Shown here piece after piece: positions 17,764 to 27,433 of a DNA stretch of 64,000 bases. This DNA comes from Bacteroidia bacterium (GTDB lineage Bacteria > Bacteroidota > Bacteroidia > 2-12-FULL-35-15), in the NCBI GenBank assembly GCA_036170475.1, contig JAVHPE010000126.1, positions 3,999-67,998 of the forward strand. The letters are read 5' to 3'. How positions within the stretch are numbered: position 1 is the first letter of the stretch; the number at the start of each line of letters is the position of its first letter. The position numbers and the translations under genes are program-made. The notes beneath the pieces were generated by a model. The model ran no database searches. It was not told the DNA's origin and saw only the letters and a program-made list of their open reading frames with translations.

Positions 17764-19143
17764 TTAAACTAAAGTAAATTTATTTCTTCTGATAAATTTA
17801 CCATATCCTTTTTCGACAAGTAATTTATTATCATCCACAGCTACATTACCTCTCAGGATTATTGTTTTGCATTTACCTGTTAATTGCCATCCTTCATAAC
17901 CGGAATAATCACAATTCATATGATGAGTTTTTGCAGAAATGGTATGCTTTTCATTCGGATCTAAAATTACTATATCAGCATCAGAACCTACAGCAATAGT
18001 ACCTTTCTGAGGATACATTCCAAATATTTTGGCTGCATTTGTGGAACTTACCTCAACAAATTTGTTCAGACTGATTTTATTTTTAATTACTCCTTCGGAG
18101 AATAATAATTCCATCCTGTTTTCAATTCCCGGAGCCCCATTCGGGATTTTTGTGAAATCGGTTGAACCCGCTTTCTTTTGTTCCCATGTGAATGGGCAAT
18201 GATCTGTCGCAACCACTTGCACAGTTCCCTGATTGATTCCTGCCCATAGACTTGTCTGATCTTTTTTCTCCCGTATCGGTGGACTCATCACCCATTTTGC
18301 AGATTCAAACCCTTTGTCATAAACAGAAGCATCGAGGACCAAATATTGAATACAGGTTTCAACAAAAATTTTCTGATTTCTTTTAGCAGCATCTCGGATG
18401 TGATTAAGCGCATCCTCGCTGGTCAGGTGTACAACATAAGATGGGACTCCTGTATGATACGCCATATCAGAAAAACGGCTTGTGGCTTCGCTTTCAGTAA
18501 TTTCGGGCTGAGATAAATAATGAAACAGAGGAGAAAGTTTCCCTTCCGATTTATGCTTCGCTACTAAGTAATCAATCATATCGCCATTGGTAGCATGAGT
18601 AGTTAATAATCCACCCTGTTTTTTTACTTCATGCATCAAGCCAATCATTTGCTTATCGTCAATCATTAAAGCACCTTTATAAGCCATGAATGTTTTGAAA
18701 GAAGTAATACCCTCTTTTTCAATCATGTCTTTTATTTCAGATCTGATTTCTTCATTAAAATCTGTTACGGACATGTGAAAAGAATAATCTCCAACAGCAT
18801 TTCCATCAGCACGACCCTTCCATTCATTTAATGCTGCGTATAAGGATTTCCCTTGTTTTTGGATCACAAAATCTATTACCATGGTAGTTCCTCCAAAAAG
18901 GGCTGCACGTGTTCCCGTTTCGTAATTATCACTGGAATAAGTCCCCATGAAGGGCATATCCAGATGAACATGAGGATCGATACCACCGGGTATTACCAAT
19001 TTGTTTTTTGCATCTATAACTATGTCCGCATTAACTGAAAGGTTGAGACCGATAAGTTTTACTTTTTCCTTTTCAATATAAATATCTGCAACATAATCAT
19101 CAGCAGCAGTTATAACTCTCCCATTTTTTATTAGAATTGACAT
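17764..19143 (-). CDS. dihydropyrimidinase / D-hydantoinase (cyclic amidohydrolase)
   Basis: ILIKNGRVITA...VIPGGIDPHVHLDMPFMGT...FKTFMAYKGALM, with metal-binding H-x-H, a carbamylated-Lys region and VVATDHCPF. Start set at MSILIKNG. Confidence 0.85.
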   Translation of the reverse strand: MSILIKNGRVITAADDYVADIYIEKEKVKLIGLNLSVNADIVIDAKNKLVIPGGIDPHVHLDMPFMGTYSSDNYETGTRAALFGGTTMVIDFVIQKQGKSLYAALNEWKGRADGNAVGDYSFHMSVTDFNEEIRSEIKDMIEKEGITSFKTFMAYKGALMIDDKQMIGLMHEVKKQGGLLTTHATNGDMIDYLVAKHKSEGKLSPLFHYLSQPEITESEATSRFSDMAYHTGVPSYVVHLTSEDALNHIRDAAKRNQKIFVETCIQYLVLDASVYDKGFESAKWVMSPPIREKKDQTSLWAGINQGTVQVVATDHCPFTWEQKKAGSTDFTKIPNGAPGIENRMELLFSEGVIKNKISLNKFVEVSSTNAAKIFGMYPQKGTIAVGSDADIVILDPNEKHTISAKTHHMNCDYSGYEGWQLTGKCKTIILRGNVAVDDNKLLVEKGYGKFIRRNKFTLV

Positions 19144-19310
19144 GTATGTTTTTTTAATCAAAGAATTTAAAATTCAATAAAAGATACAAAAATCAAATTT
19201 AATGAAATTTTCCAGAGGCTCTATATCTCACTTCCAAAATTTTATATTTTTTTGAATAAATTTTGCTTATATTTAGCTTCCTTAATTTTATAGACTTTAA
19301 AAATACTTTC

Positions 19311-21035
19311 ATGTTTGAAATAGGTACAGGAATAAGCGATATCACTGCTTTTAAGAAAGGCGTTGGAATGATGGGTTATGGGATGTACTTCAACACCGTT
19401 GAAGAAGTTGAGACGCCACTTTCCGCAAGGGCTTTTGTAGTTAAAAATTCGGAAACACAGAAAAAAATAGTATTTGTGAATACTGAACTATGTTTCATTT
19501 CTATTTCGGTCAAATACGGTGTTGTTGAAACACTAAAAGAAAAATACCCTCAATTTGGTTACACATCAGATAATGTGATATTGACAGCACAACACACACA
19601 CAGTGCTCCAGGAGGATTTACGCATTATGCGTTTTATAATTTAACCATTCCGGGATTTGTACCGGAAGTTTATCAAACTATTATCAAGGGTATCGTAGAG
19701 GCTATCGTGCAAGCAGAATCAAGTATTCAGCAGGGGAATATTTATTTGAACACAGGTATTTTTGAATCTCAACATGAAGTTGCATTCAACCGATCGATAA
19801 AGGCTTATAACTGCAATCCTGAGGTTACAAAAATTGATGAAAACAAAACACATCTTGCTGTGGACAGAGAAATGACTTTATTACGGATGGAAGGGTTAAA
19901 TGGAAAAAAAATTGGAATGCTCAATTGGTTCGGAGTACATGCGACAAATATTCCAAGCAACAATCATAAAATCTGTAATGATAACAAGGGTTATGCCTCT
20001 ACTTATTTTGAAGAAGATGTTCGATCCTCCGGAGAGCAAAAAAATTTCTTAGCGATATTTGCGCAAGGTTCCTGCGGTGATGTAAGTCCGAATTTCGTGT
20101 GGGACAAGAGAAAAAAACGCACCCATGGAAAATTTGAAAATGCTTTTGAAAGTGCCAAATACAATGGAAAATTACAATACACCAAGGCAAAGGAAATTTA
20201 TGAAACAGCACTAAACAATCAACCTTTAAAGAGTGAGATTGATTATGCTTTGATGTATGCTGATTTTTCAAACATTAATCCTGACAAAGAATTTACTAAT
20301 GGGCAAGATGTGAAAACAGGGGCAGCTTGTCATGGAGTTGCCTTCTTTGAAGGGACAGCTGAAGGTCCTGGGATGAGTGATGCACTTGGATCAGTTTCAC
20401 GTTTTGTATCTCGTGCGGTTAAAAAATATGAATATACAAAAGCGATTTTTCTATCTGCCGAGGAACGAAAAAAAATTCATGATAAATATAAAATTCAAGG
20501 AAAAAAAGATATCTTTTTTGAAACAGGAGATCGAAAAGTGCTGGGGACATCCGATATAAAAAATATGATAATTCCTTCCTGGATTGATAAAGGGATAAGT
20601 ACTTTCAAAGAACAGCACAGGAACGGCTCCCTCAATAAACCATGGATTCCGGAAATTTTACCTCTGCAAATCATTGTCATTGGAGAATTGGCTATTGCAG
20701 CTTTCCCCGCAGAAATTACTACCGTTGCCGGATGGCGGCTGAGAGACACTATCCTCAATATTTTGAAAAAAAGAGGGATTACAAAAGTTATTGTTTCTCC
20801 TTATGCAAATGCCTACTGTGGTTATGTTACTACCTATGAAGAATACCAATGTCAATGTTATGAAGGCGGTCACACAGTTTTTGGCGAGTGGACATTAGCC
20901 GCATTTCAAACTAAGTATAAACAGTTAGCCTTGCAACTGCTTGAAAAACCCGAGAATCGTACGATAGATAAAAATATTGCACCTATTAAATTTACCAAGG
21001 AAGAGTTAGATAAGAGAAGTTTTTCGGAAGTGTAA
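19311..21035 (+). CDS. neutral/alkaline ceramidase family protein
   Basis: Contains the neutral-ceramidase hexapeptide GDVSPN (IFAQGSCGDVSPNF), together with VILTAQHTHSAPGG and a C-terminal tail domain. Start taken at MFEIGTG. My position count in this block differs by 1 nt from the ORF table, so the start is given to within 1 nt. Confidence 0.75.
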   Translation: MFEIGTGISDITAFKKGVGMMGYGMYFNTVEEVETPLSARAFVVKNSETQKKIVFVNTELCFISISVKYGVVETLKEKYPQFGYTSDNVILTAQHTHSAPGGFTHYAFYNLTIPGFVPEVYQTIIKGIVEAIVQAESSIQQGNIYLNTGIFESQHEVAFNRSIKAYNCNPEVTKIDENKTHLAVDREMTLLRMEGLNGKKIGMLNWFGVHATNIPSNNHKICNDNKGYASTYFEEDVRSSGEQKNFLAIFAQGSCGDVSPNFVWDKRKKRTHGKFENAFESAKYNGKLQYTKAKEIYETALNNQPLKSEIDYALMYADFSNINPDKEFTNGQDVKTGAACHGVAFFEGTAEGPGMSDALGSVSRFVSRAVKKYEYTKAIFLSAEERKKIHDKYKIQGKKDIFFETGDRKVLGTSDIKNMIIPSWIDKGISTFKEQHRNGSLNKPWIPEILPLQIIVIGELAIAAFPAEITTVAGWRLRDTILNILKKRGITKVIVSPYANAYCGYVTTYEEYQCQCYEGGHTVFGEWTLAAFQTKYKQLALQLLEKPENRTIDKNIAPIKFTKEELDKRSFSEV

Positions 21036-21042
21036 GTATCCT

Positions 21043-21130
21043 CTGACAGGGTTTCAAACCCTGTTAGAGGTATTTAACGAGTTACGAAATCCGAACAAAA
21101 CCCCTAACAGGGTTTGGAACCCTGTCAGGG
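21043..21130. repeat. REP-like palindromic repeat, family 2, copy 1
   Basis: CTGACAGGGTTTCAAACCCTGTTAG ... CTAACAGGGTTTGGAACCCTGTCAG: two inverted hairpins (CAGGG-tttcaaa-CCCTG) separated by about 45 nt. Second copy at 56003-56090. Confidence 0.7.
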
Positions 21131-21165
21131 AGCGCACAATGTCGTTTAGTTAAGGAAAAACATCA

Positions 21166-21242
21166 GCCCACAGTCTTCGACAAGCTCTGACTGACCGCGC
21201 GCTGGTCATATTGAGCCTGTCGAAATATGTGCGATAGCATCT
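21166..21242. repeat. REP-like palindromic repeat, family 1, copy 2
   Basis: CACAGTCTTCGACAAGCTCTGACTGA...TGAGCCTGTCGAAATATGTGCGATAGCATC. Confidence 0.7.
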
Positions 21243-21269
21243 TAACTAAACAGCATTGAGGGAGCGCAA

Positions 21270-22502
21270 TTGTTTGGTTTGATAAAAATATTAAGTTTAA
21301 TTCGCATGACAGATTTTTCAAGAAATTACAATTATTACAAAAAAGTTTTTAAAGGCGTTCAAATGCCCTTTGCTTTTGTTGATATGGATATGTTCAATAA
21401 AAACAAGGAAGATATACTAAAAAGAGCTGGCAATAAAAAAATCCGGATTGCTTCAAAATCTATACGTTGCCTGAGTTTGATAAAAAATATTCTCTCCTCA
21501 AATTCTATTTTTCAAGGAGTAATGTGTTATCATCCTTTGGAAGCAGTCTACCTTAGTGAAAATGGGTTAGATGATTTGTTGATTGCTTATCCGATTTTCC
21601 ACGAACAACATATTTCAGCCATTTGTAAAGAGATAAAAAAAAGAAAATCAATAATTGCAATGGTTGATTTGACGGAACATGCGGTACAGCTTAACCATAT
21701 CGCTGAGCAAGAAAATTGCATACTCCCGGTTTGTATGGATATAGATATGTCAAGTGATTTCGGACTTTTACATTTTGGAGTCAGACGCTCAAAAGTAACA
21801 ACAACAGAACAGGCAATGGAATTATTCCATCAAATAAAAAAATTAAAAAACTTACGATTAGAAGGAATAATGGGCTACGAGGCACAAATAGCAGGAGTTG
21901 GTGATTTTACTGATAGTGCCCTTAAAAATAGTATCCTACCTATTTTGAAAAAAAAATCCGTGAAAGAAATTGCAAAACGAAGATCAGAAATTGTTAATAG
22001 AATTCAGTCAGAAGGTCATCAATTAAAATTCGTAAATGGTGGTGGAACAGGAAGTTTAGAGACTACCATAAAAGAATCCTGCATTACGGAAATTACGGTT
22101 GGTTCAGGATTTTATTCGCCTACATTGTTTGATAATTACAAAAATTTCCATCACCTACCTGCTGCAGCATATTCCATTGAAATTACCCGAAATCCAAAAC
22201 CTTCCGTTTTTACTTGTTACGGAGGAGGATATACTGCTTCTGGCTCGATGGAGAAAAATAAGTTACCAAAACCATACCTGCCAACAGGCGCAAAACTAAT
22301 CGAAACAGAAGGTGCAGGCGAAGTTCAAACACCCATTGTATATAATGGGGAAGAAAAGCTGAAATTAGGCGATCCTATTTTTATGCGTCATGCAAAGGCA
22401 GGAGAATTGTGCGAAAGGTTTAATTCATTATTGTTAATTGCTAATGGAAAAATTATTGATGAAGTAAAAACCTATCGTGGTGATGGGAAATGTTTTTTAT
22501 AA
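21270..22502 (+). CDS. PLP-dependent enzyme with alanine-racemase-like N-terminal domain (DSD1 / D-serine dehydratase / D-threonine aldolase-like)
   Basis: 410 aa. KIRIASKSIRC... (candidate PLP lysine), TIM-barrel-like alternation, and a C-terminal beta domain. Family call from memory; the true start is probably an internal Met (MTDFSR or MPFAFV). Confidence 0.45.
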   Translation: MFGLIKILSLIRMTDFSRNYNYYKKVFKGVQMPFAFVDMDMFNKNKEDILKRAGNKKIRIASKSIRCLSLIKNILSSNSIFQGVMCYHPLEAVYLSENGLDDLLIAYPIFHEQHISAICKEIKKRKSIIAMVDLTEHAVQLNHIAEQENCILPVCMDIDMSSDFGLLHFGVRRSKVTTTEQAMELFHQIKKLKNLRLEGIMGYEAQIAGVGDFTDSALKNSILPILKKKSVKEIAKRRSEIVNRIQSEGHQLKFVNGGGTGSLETTIKESCITEITVGSGFYSPTLFDNYKNFHHLPAAAYSIEITRNPKPSVFTCYGGGYTASGSMEKNKLPKPYLPTGAKLIETEGAGEVQTPIVYNGEEKLKLGDPIFMRHAKAGELCERFNSLLLIANGKIIDEVKTYRGDGKCFL

Positions 22503-22517
22503 AAAATCAATTTATTT

Positions 22518-22916
22518 TTGAATCAGAAAATGATGGATAAAGACTTATTACGTCCTTTCGTGGAAGAATGGCTTTCTTCATGGGCAGGAAACCATCCTGA
22601 AACTCTTATAAACTTTTATACACAGGATGCATTTTATCTCGACCCAGCAAATTCAAAGGGTTTAAAAGGGGAAGTACAACTTTTTGCATATTTCAAAAAA
22701 CTTTTACGAAAAAATCCAAATTGGAAATGGACAGCAGAAGAAATTTTCAAAACAGAAAAAGGCTTCACTCTTAAATGGATGGCTGAAATCCCGATTGGAC
22801 AAGAAAATTTAATTATTTATGGTTTAGATATTGTTGAATTGACTGATGATAAAATATCCAGAAATGAAGTTTATTTCGACAGACATGATTGGATAATGAG
22901 GATGACAAATAAATGA
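22518..22916 (+). CDS. SnoaL-like / NTF2-like domain protein
   Basis: 132 aa. Compact alpha+beta cone pattern PFVEEWLSSWAGNHPETLINFYTQDAFYLDP. Confidence 0.55.
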   Translation: MNQKMMDKDLLRPFVEEWLSSWAGNHPETLINFYTQDAFYLDPANSKGLKGEVQLFAYFKKLLRKNPNWKWTAEEIFKTEKGFTLKWMAEIPIGQENLIIYGLDIVELTDDKISRNEVYFDRHDWIMRMTNK

Positions 22917-22927
22917 CAGGCAATCAG

Positions 22928-23632
22928 TTACTTTTTGAAAATTTTATAAATCTGAACAACACTCATCTTATATTTTAATGCTACCTTCTGTATTGAGGTT
23001 CCATTCTCAATATCACGAATTATTTTCTCATTACGTATTTGGCGTATTTTGCTATAAGAAATACCTGCAGCCCCGGTTATTTGATTGATTCTTTTAATGC
23101 CAATTGAGTATTTATCGGAGATTTCGGAAGCTTTTTTTCCATTTTTAATATCAGAAATTATCTCTTTGTTTCTATCAGCGGTTTTTTCTTTGGAGATCCT
23201 ATAATATAATCCCTGTTTATGCAATTTTAGCAAAATAGTCGCACGCCCCTGGTTAAAAACATCGGCTATTTTCCTGGATGAAAAACCATGATGAAATAAG
23301 TCTTTAATCTTTTTATTTATAAGTTTTGTTCTTAATTGAAATTCAGAAGACTGTCCACCGGCTGTGAGAATATTTTGGAGACACGAATCACAAAGCTTAT
23401 ATTTTAAGGATAATTCTTTTACTGTTCTTCCTTTTTTGAAATCTTCAATTACATTTATATTTCGTATTTTCTTTTGAGCACGAAAACTTAATAATCCCCC
23501 TTTCAAACCAATTAACCGGACAGACTCCCTTGTAATTGCAAATTTTTCAGCAACCTCTTTGTTTGTTTTTCCGCTTTTAATAGCAGCAACAATTTTGGCA
23601 TTTCGTTGTATATTTTCTTTTCTGGTCGGCAT
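22928..23632 (-). CDS. protein made of five tandem HTH-like repeats (novel DNA-binding architecture)
   Basis: Five repeats of about 45 aa, each with a [RN]xxI(V/I)xxIxxGx(T/S)xxE(V/I)(A/S)xK(F/Y)xI and a small-basic-hydrophobic second helix: IVAAIKSGKTNKEVAEKFAI, IEDFKKGRTVKELSLKYKL, IKDLFHHGFSSRKIADVFN, IISDIKNGKKASEISDKYSI, IIRDIENGTSIQKVALKYKM. Confidence 0.5.
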   Translation of the reverse strand: MPTRKENIQRNAKIVAAIKSGKTNKEVAEKFAITRESVRLIGLKGGLLSFRAQKKIRNINVIEDFKKGRTVKELSLKYKLCDSCLQNILTAGGQSSEFQLRTKLINKKIKDLFHHGFSSRKIADVFNQGRATILLKLHKQGLYYRISKEKTADRNKEIISDIKNGKKASEISDKYSIGIKRINQITGAAGISYSKIRQIRNEKIIRDIENGTSIQKVALKYKMSVVQIYKIFKK

Positions 23633-23661
23633 ATTAAATTGTGATTTTTTAAAAAAAAATT

Positions 23662-25338
23662 TTAAACTGTTAACTTTTTATATCTTACCCGTTTGGGTTC
23701 TACATTGCCTAAACGTTTTTTCTTATTCTCTTCGTACTCAGAATATCCTCCTTCAAAATAATAAACCTGTGAGTTACCCTCAAATGCAAGTATGTGAGTA
23801 CATACCCTATCCAGAAACCAACGGTCGTGAGAAATAATAACAGCACAACCGGCATAGTTTTCTAATCCTTCTTCCAATGCACGAAGTGTATTTACATCCA
23901 AATCATTGGTGGGCTCATCCAATAATAAAACATTCGCTTCTTTTTTTAACGTTATTGCTAAATGCAAACGATTACGTTCGCCGCCTGAAAGAATTCCGCA
24001 TTTTTTTCCCTGATCGGAGCCGTTGAAATTAAATTTAGACACATAAGCCCTGGAATTCAATGTTTGTCCGCCTATTACAATATTTTCACTGCCACCAGTC
24101 AATACCTCATAAACGGTTTTGTTAGGATCTATTTCAGTATGTGATTGATCGACATAAGCAATTTTAACTGTTGAACCTACTTTAAATTCACCTGTATCAG
24201 AAGTTTCTTCTTTCATGATCATACGAAACAAGGTTGTTTTACCGGCACCATTCGGACCTATTATACCAACAATTCCGGCAGGAGGTAATTTAAAATTTAA
24301 GTGTTCATATAATAATTTATCACCAAATGCTTTTAAAACATCAATGGCTTCTATTACTTCATTTCCAAGTCGGGGACCATTCGGAATAAATAATTCTAAT
24401 TTTTCTTCTGTAGCTTTGGCATCGGCACCAAGCATTTTTTCGTAGTTCTGTAAACGCGCTTTTGATTTAGACTGACGACCTTTTGCTCCTTGTCTTACCC
24501 AATCTAATTCCCGTAATAAAGTTTTTTGTCGTTTGCTTTCTGTTTTTTCTTCCTGTGCCAAACGTTTTTGTTTTTGTTCCAGCCAATCAGAATAATTTCC
24601 TTTCCAGGGAATCCCTTCACCACGGTCTAATTCCAAAATCCAACCAGCCACATTGTCCAGAAAATAACGATCGTGAGTTACCGCGATAACAGTTCCTTTA
24701 TAATTTTTTAAATGTTGTTCCAACCAATCCACGGACTCTGCATCCAAATGGTTGGTAGGTTCATCCAATAATAAAATTTCAGGCTCCTGAATTAACAAAC
24801 GACACAAAGCAACACGTCTGCGTTCACCACCTGATAAATTTACTACCAGTGCATCACTCTCTGGACAACGTAATGCTTCCATAGCTTGTTCCAAACGATT
24901 ATCTAAATTCCATAGATCCAACTGATCAATCTGATCTTGTAATTTTGCCTGACGATTAATGAGTTTGTCCATTTCCTCTGGCGTCATTTCCTCTGCAAAT
25001 TTGTTATTTACCTCCTCATACTCTTTCAAAATATTCGTATGTTCCTGAGCACCTTCACGAACAATTTCAATAACAGTTTTTGTATTATCCAGTTGTGGTT
25101 CCTGCTCCAGCATTCCGATTTTATAGCCGGGAGAAAAATGTATTTTACCCTGGTAATTTTTTTCAACACCTGCAATAATTTTCAGGAGCGTAGATTTACC
25201 AGAACCATTTAAACCTAAAATACCAATTTTAGCCCCATAATAAAATGATAAATAAATATCTTTCAAGATAGTTTTACCTGCGGGTAACGTGCGACTGACG
25301 TTAACCATTGAAAAAATAATTTGTCTGCCTTCTGACAT
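23662..25338 (-). CDS. ettA: ABC-F family energy-dependent translational throttle protein EttA
   Basis: 558 aa. Two ABC cassettes (GLNGSGKST...LSGGERRRVAL...LLLDEPTNHLD and GPNGAGKTT...LSGGERNRLHL...LLLDEPTNDLD) with the EttA-type arm and linker. Confidence 0.9.
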   Translation of the reverse strand: MSEGRQIIFSMVNVSRTLPAGKTILKDIYLSFYYGAKIGILGLNGSGKSTLLKIIAGVEKNYQGKIHFSPGYKIGMLEQEPQLDNTKTVIEIVREGAQEHTNILKEYEEVNNKFAEEMTPEEMDKLINRQAKLQDQIDQLDLWNLDNRLEQAMEALRCPESDALVVNLSGGERRRVALCRLLIQEPEILLLDEPTNHLDAESVDWLEQHLKNYKGTVIAVTHDRYFLDNVAGWILELDRGEGIPWKGNYSDWLEQKQKRLAQEEKTESKRQKTLLRELDWVRQGAKGRQSKSKARLQNYEKMLGADAKATEEKLELFIPNGPRLGNEVIEAIDVLKAFGDKLLYEHLNFKLPPAGIVGIIGPNGAGKTTLFRMIMKEETSDTGEFKVGSTVKIAYVDQSHTEIDPNKTVYEVLTGGSENIVIGGQTLNSRAYVSKFNFNGSDQGKKCGILSGGERNRLHLAITLKKEANVLLLDEPTNDLDVNTLRALEEGLENYAGCAVIISHDRWFLDRVCTHILAFEGNSQVYYFEGGYSEYEENKKKRLGNVEPKRVRYKKLTV

Positions 25339-25508
25339 TTTTATAGTTTTTTATTTATAGAATTATTTATTTGTAGAATTTGCCTAAAAAATTAGGGACT
25401 GTAAATATCGTGAAATTATTGGAAAAAATAAAGCAGAGTTTTGAAGGGTAATGTTTTTCATAGAGCAATACAATTATGTACTTTCGTACTTAGAAAAAAA
25501 TTGAAATA

Positions 25509-26150
25509 ATGGAATTTATAGACGAAAGAATTGAAGCTTATGCATTAGCGCATTCACAGGCTGAGACAGACATTTTAAAAAAACTAAACAGGGAAACATA
25601 CGCTAATGTGCTTATGCCTCGTATGCTTTCAGGACACATGCAAGGCAATTTGTTGAGCATGATGAGTAAAATGATTCAACCCAAACAAATTTTGGAAATT
25701 GGCACTTATACAGGTTATTCAGGTATTTGCCTTGCACAAGGGTTACAGGAAAACGGGAAATTACACACCATCGACATCAATGAAGAATTAGAATTGATGG
25801 TTCGTTCGTTCTTTAACGAAGCAGGATTGAGCAATAAAATCAATTATTATATCGGTAATGCTCTAACTATTATTCCAACGATTAAAGAAACATTCGATTT
25901 GGTTTTTATTGATGCGGACAAAAAAAATTATTCTGCTTACTACGATTTAGTTTTTAATCAGGTACGAAGTGGTGGGTACATTATTGCTGACAATGTGCTT
26001 TGGAGCGGGAAAGTATTAGACGTTCCGGAAAAGATGGATTCGGACACAAAAGCAATTGATGCTTTTAATAAAAAGATTCATAACGATGCCCGTGTGGAAC
26101 ACATGATATTACCTGTAAGGGACGGGTTAATGATAGTTAGAAAAAAATAA
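25509..26150 (+). CDS. class I SAM-dependent O-methyltransferase (caffeoyl-CoA OMT-like, family 3)
   Basis: 213 aa. ILEIGTYTGYSGICLAQGL...LVFIDADKKNYSAYYD. Confidence 0.8.
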   Translation: MEFIDERIEAYALAHSQAETDILKKLNRETYANVLMPRMLSGHMQGNLLSMMSKMIQPKQILEIGTYTGYSGICLAQGLQENGKLHTIDINEELELMVRSFFNEAGLSNKINYYIGNALTIIPTIKETFDLVFIDADKKNYSAYYDLVFNQVRSGGYIIADNVLWSGKVLDVPEKMDSDTKAIDAFNKKIHNDARVEHMILPVRDGLMIVRKK

Positions 26151-26161
26151 TTTAAGAATTT

Positions 26162-27178
26162 ATGACAATAGATTTAAGAAGCGATACCGTTACCAAGCCA
26201 TCGAAAGGCATGTTGGATGCTATGTTCAAAGCAGAAGTAGGCGATGATGTTTTTGGTGAAGAACCAACAGTAAATGCTCTGGAAGAAAAAGCAGCCAAAC
26301 TATTTGGCAAAGAAGCAGCTTTGTTCTGTCCATCTGGAACAATGACAAATCAAATTGCAATTAAAGTACATACACAGCCCGGGGATGAAGTGTTATGTGA
26401 TGTTACTGCACATATTTATAATTATGAAGGAGGTGGAATTTCTTTTAATTCAGGTGCACAGGCAAAATTATTGCAAGGTGAAAGAGGACGAATTTCTGCG
26501 CAACAGGTTATAGAAAATATAAATCAAAATTTTGATTGGTTGACACGAACAAGTCTTGTATGTATTGAGAATACAGCCAACAGAGCAGGCGGAAGTTTTT
26601 ATTCATTACAGCAAATGCGGGAACTTGCCACTGTATGTAAACAAAATAATTTAAAATATCATTTGGATGGAGCACGAATTTTTAATGCTATCATTGAAAA
26701 CAATTATAGTCCAGCTGATTTAGGAAAATTATTTGATTCGATTTCTGTTTGTTTATCGAAAGGTTTAGGAGCACCTGTTGGTTCCCTCCTATTAGGCAAT
26801 AAAGAATTTATATGTAAAGCCCGCAGGATTCGTAAAGTTTTCGGTGGAGGAATGAGACAAGCCGGTTACCTTGCTGCTGCCGGAATTTACGCATTGGATA
26901 ATAATTTTCTTCGTTTAAAAGAAGACCATAAACGGGCAAAACAATTGAGTTCTGTAATTAGCGAATTAAGTTATGTTGATACTCTTTTGCCTGTGGATAC
27001 CAATATCATTATTTTTAATCTCAACGAAAAAATGAAACCGGAAATTTTTGTACAAAAGTTAGCAGCACATAGTATAAAAGCCAATGGATTTGGTAAACAA
27101 GCGATACGTTTTGTAACACATTTGGATTTTACAGATGAGATGCTGGAGAAAGTGGAGAAAGTTTTGAAAAATCTATAA
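26162..27178 (+). CDS. ltaE: low-specificity L-threonine aldolase
   Basis: [67 protein letters not shown] lysine in [11 protein letters not shown]. Confidence 0.85.
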   Translation: MTIDLRSDTVTKPSKGMLDAMFKAEVGDDVFGEEPTVNALEEKAAKLFGKEAALFCPSGTMTNQIAIKVHTQPGDEVLCDVTAHIYNYEGGGISFNSGAQAKLLQGERGRISAQQVIENINQNFDWLTRTSLVCIENTANRAGGSFYSLQQMRELATVCKQNNLKYHLDGARIFNAIIENNYSPADLGKLFDSISVCLSKGLGAPVGSLLLGNKEFICKARRIRKVFGGGMRQAGYLAAAGIYALDNNFLRLKEDHKRAKQLSSVISELSYVDTLLPVDTNIIIFNLNEKMKPEIFVQKLAAHSIKANGFGKQAIRFVTHLDFTDEMLEKVEKVLKNL

Positions 27179-27229
27179 TATTCTATTAAAAAATTGTTTT
27201 GGAAAACCATTCATGCATCAAATAAAACG

Positions 27230-27433
27230 ATGGAATTAAAATCAACAATTACCTGTCCAAATTGCGGACATAAAAAAGAAGAAATAATGCCAACTGATTC
27301 TTGTCAATTTTTTTATGAATGCGAAAATTGTAAACAAGTTTTAAGGCCCAGAGAAGGTGATTGTTGCGTATTTTGTAGTTACGGAACCATACCCTGTCCG
27401 CCTATTCAAAACAATCAATCTTGTTGCTCCTGA
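27230..27433 (+). CDS. GDCCVxC-domain small cysteine-rich protein
   Basis: MELKSTITCPNCGHKKEE...CQFFYECENCKQVLRPREGDCCVFCSYGTIPCPP has 12 Cys including the GDCCVFC signature. Confidence 0.7.
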   Translation: MELKSTITCPNCGHKKEEIMPTDSCQFFYECENCKQVLRPREGDCCVFCSYGTIPCPPIQNNQSCCS

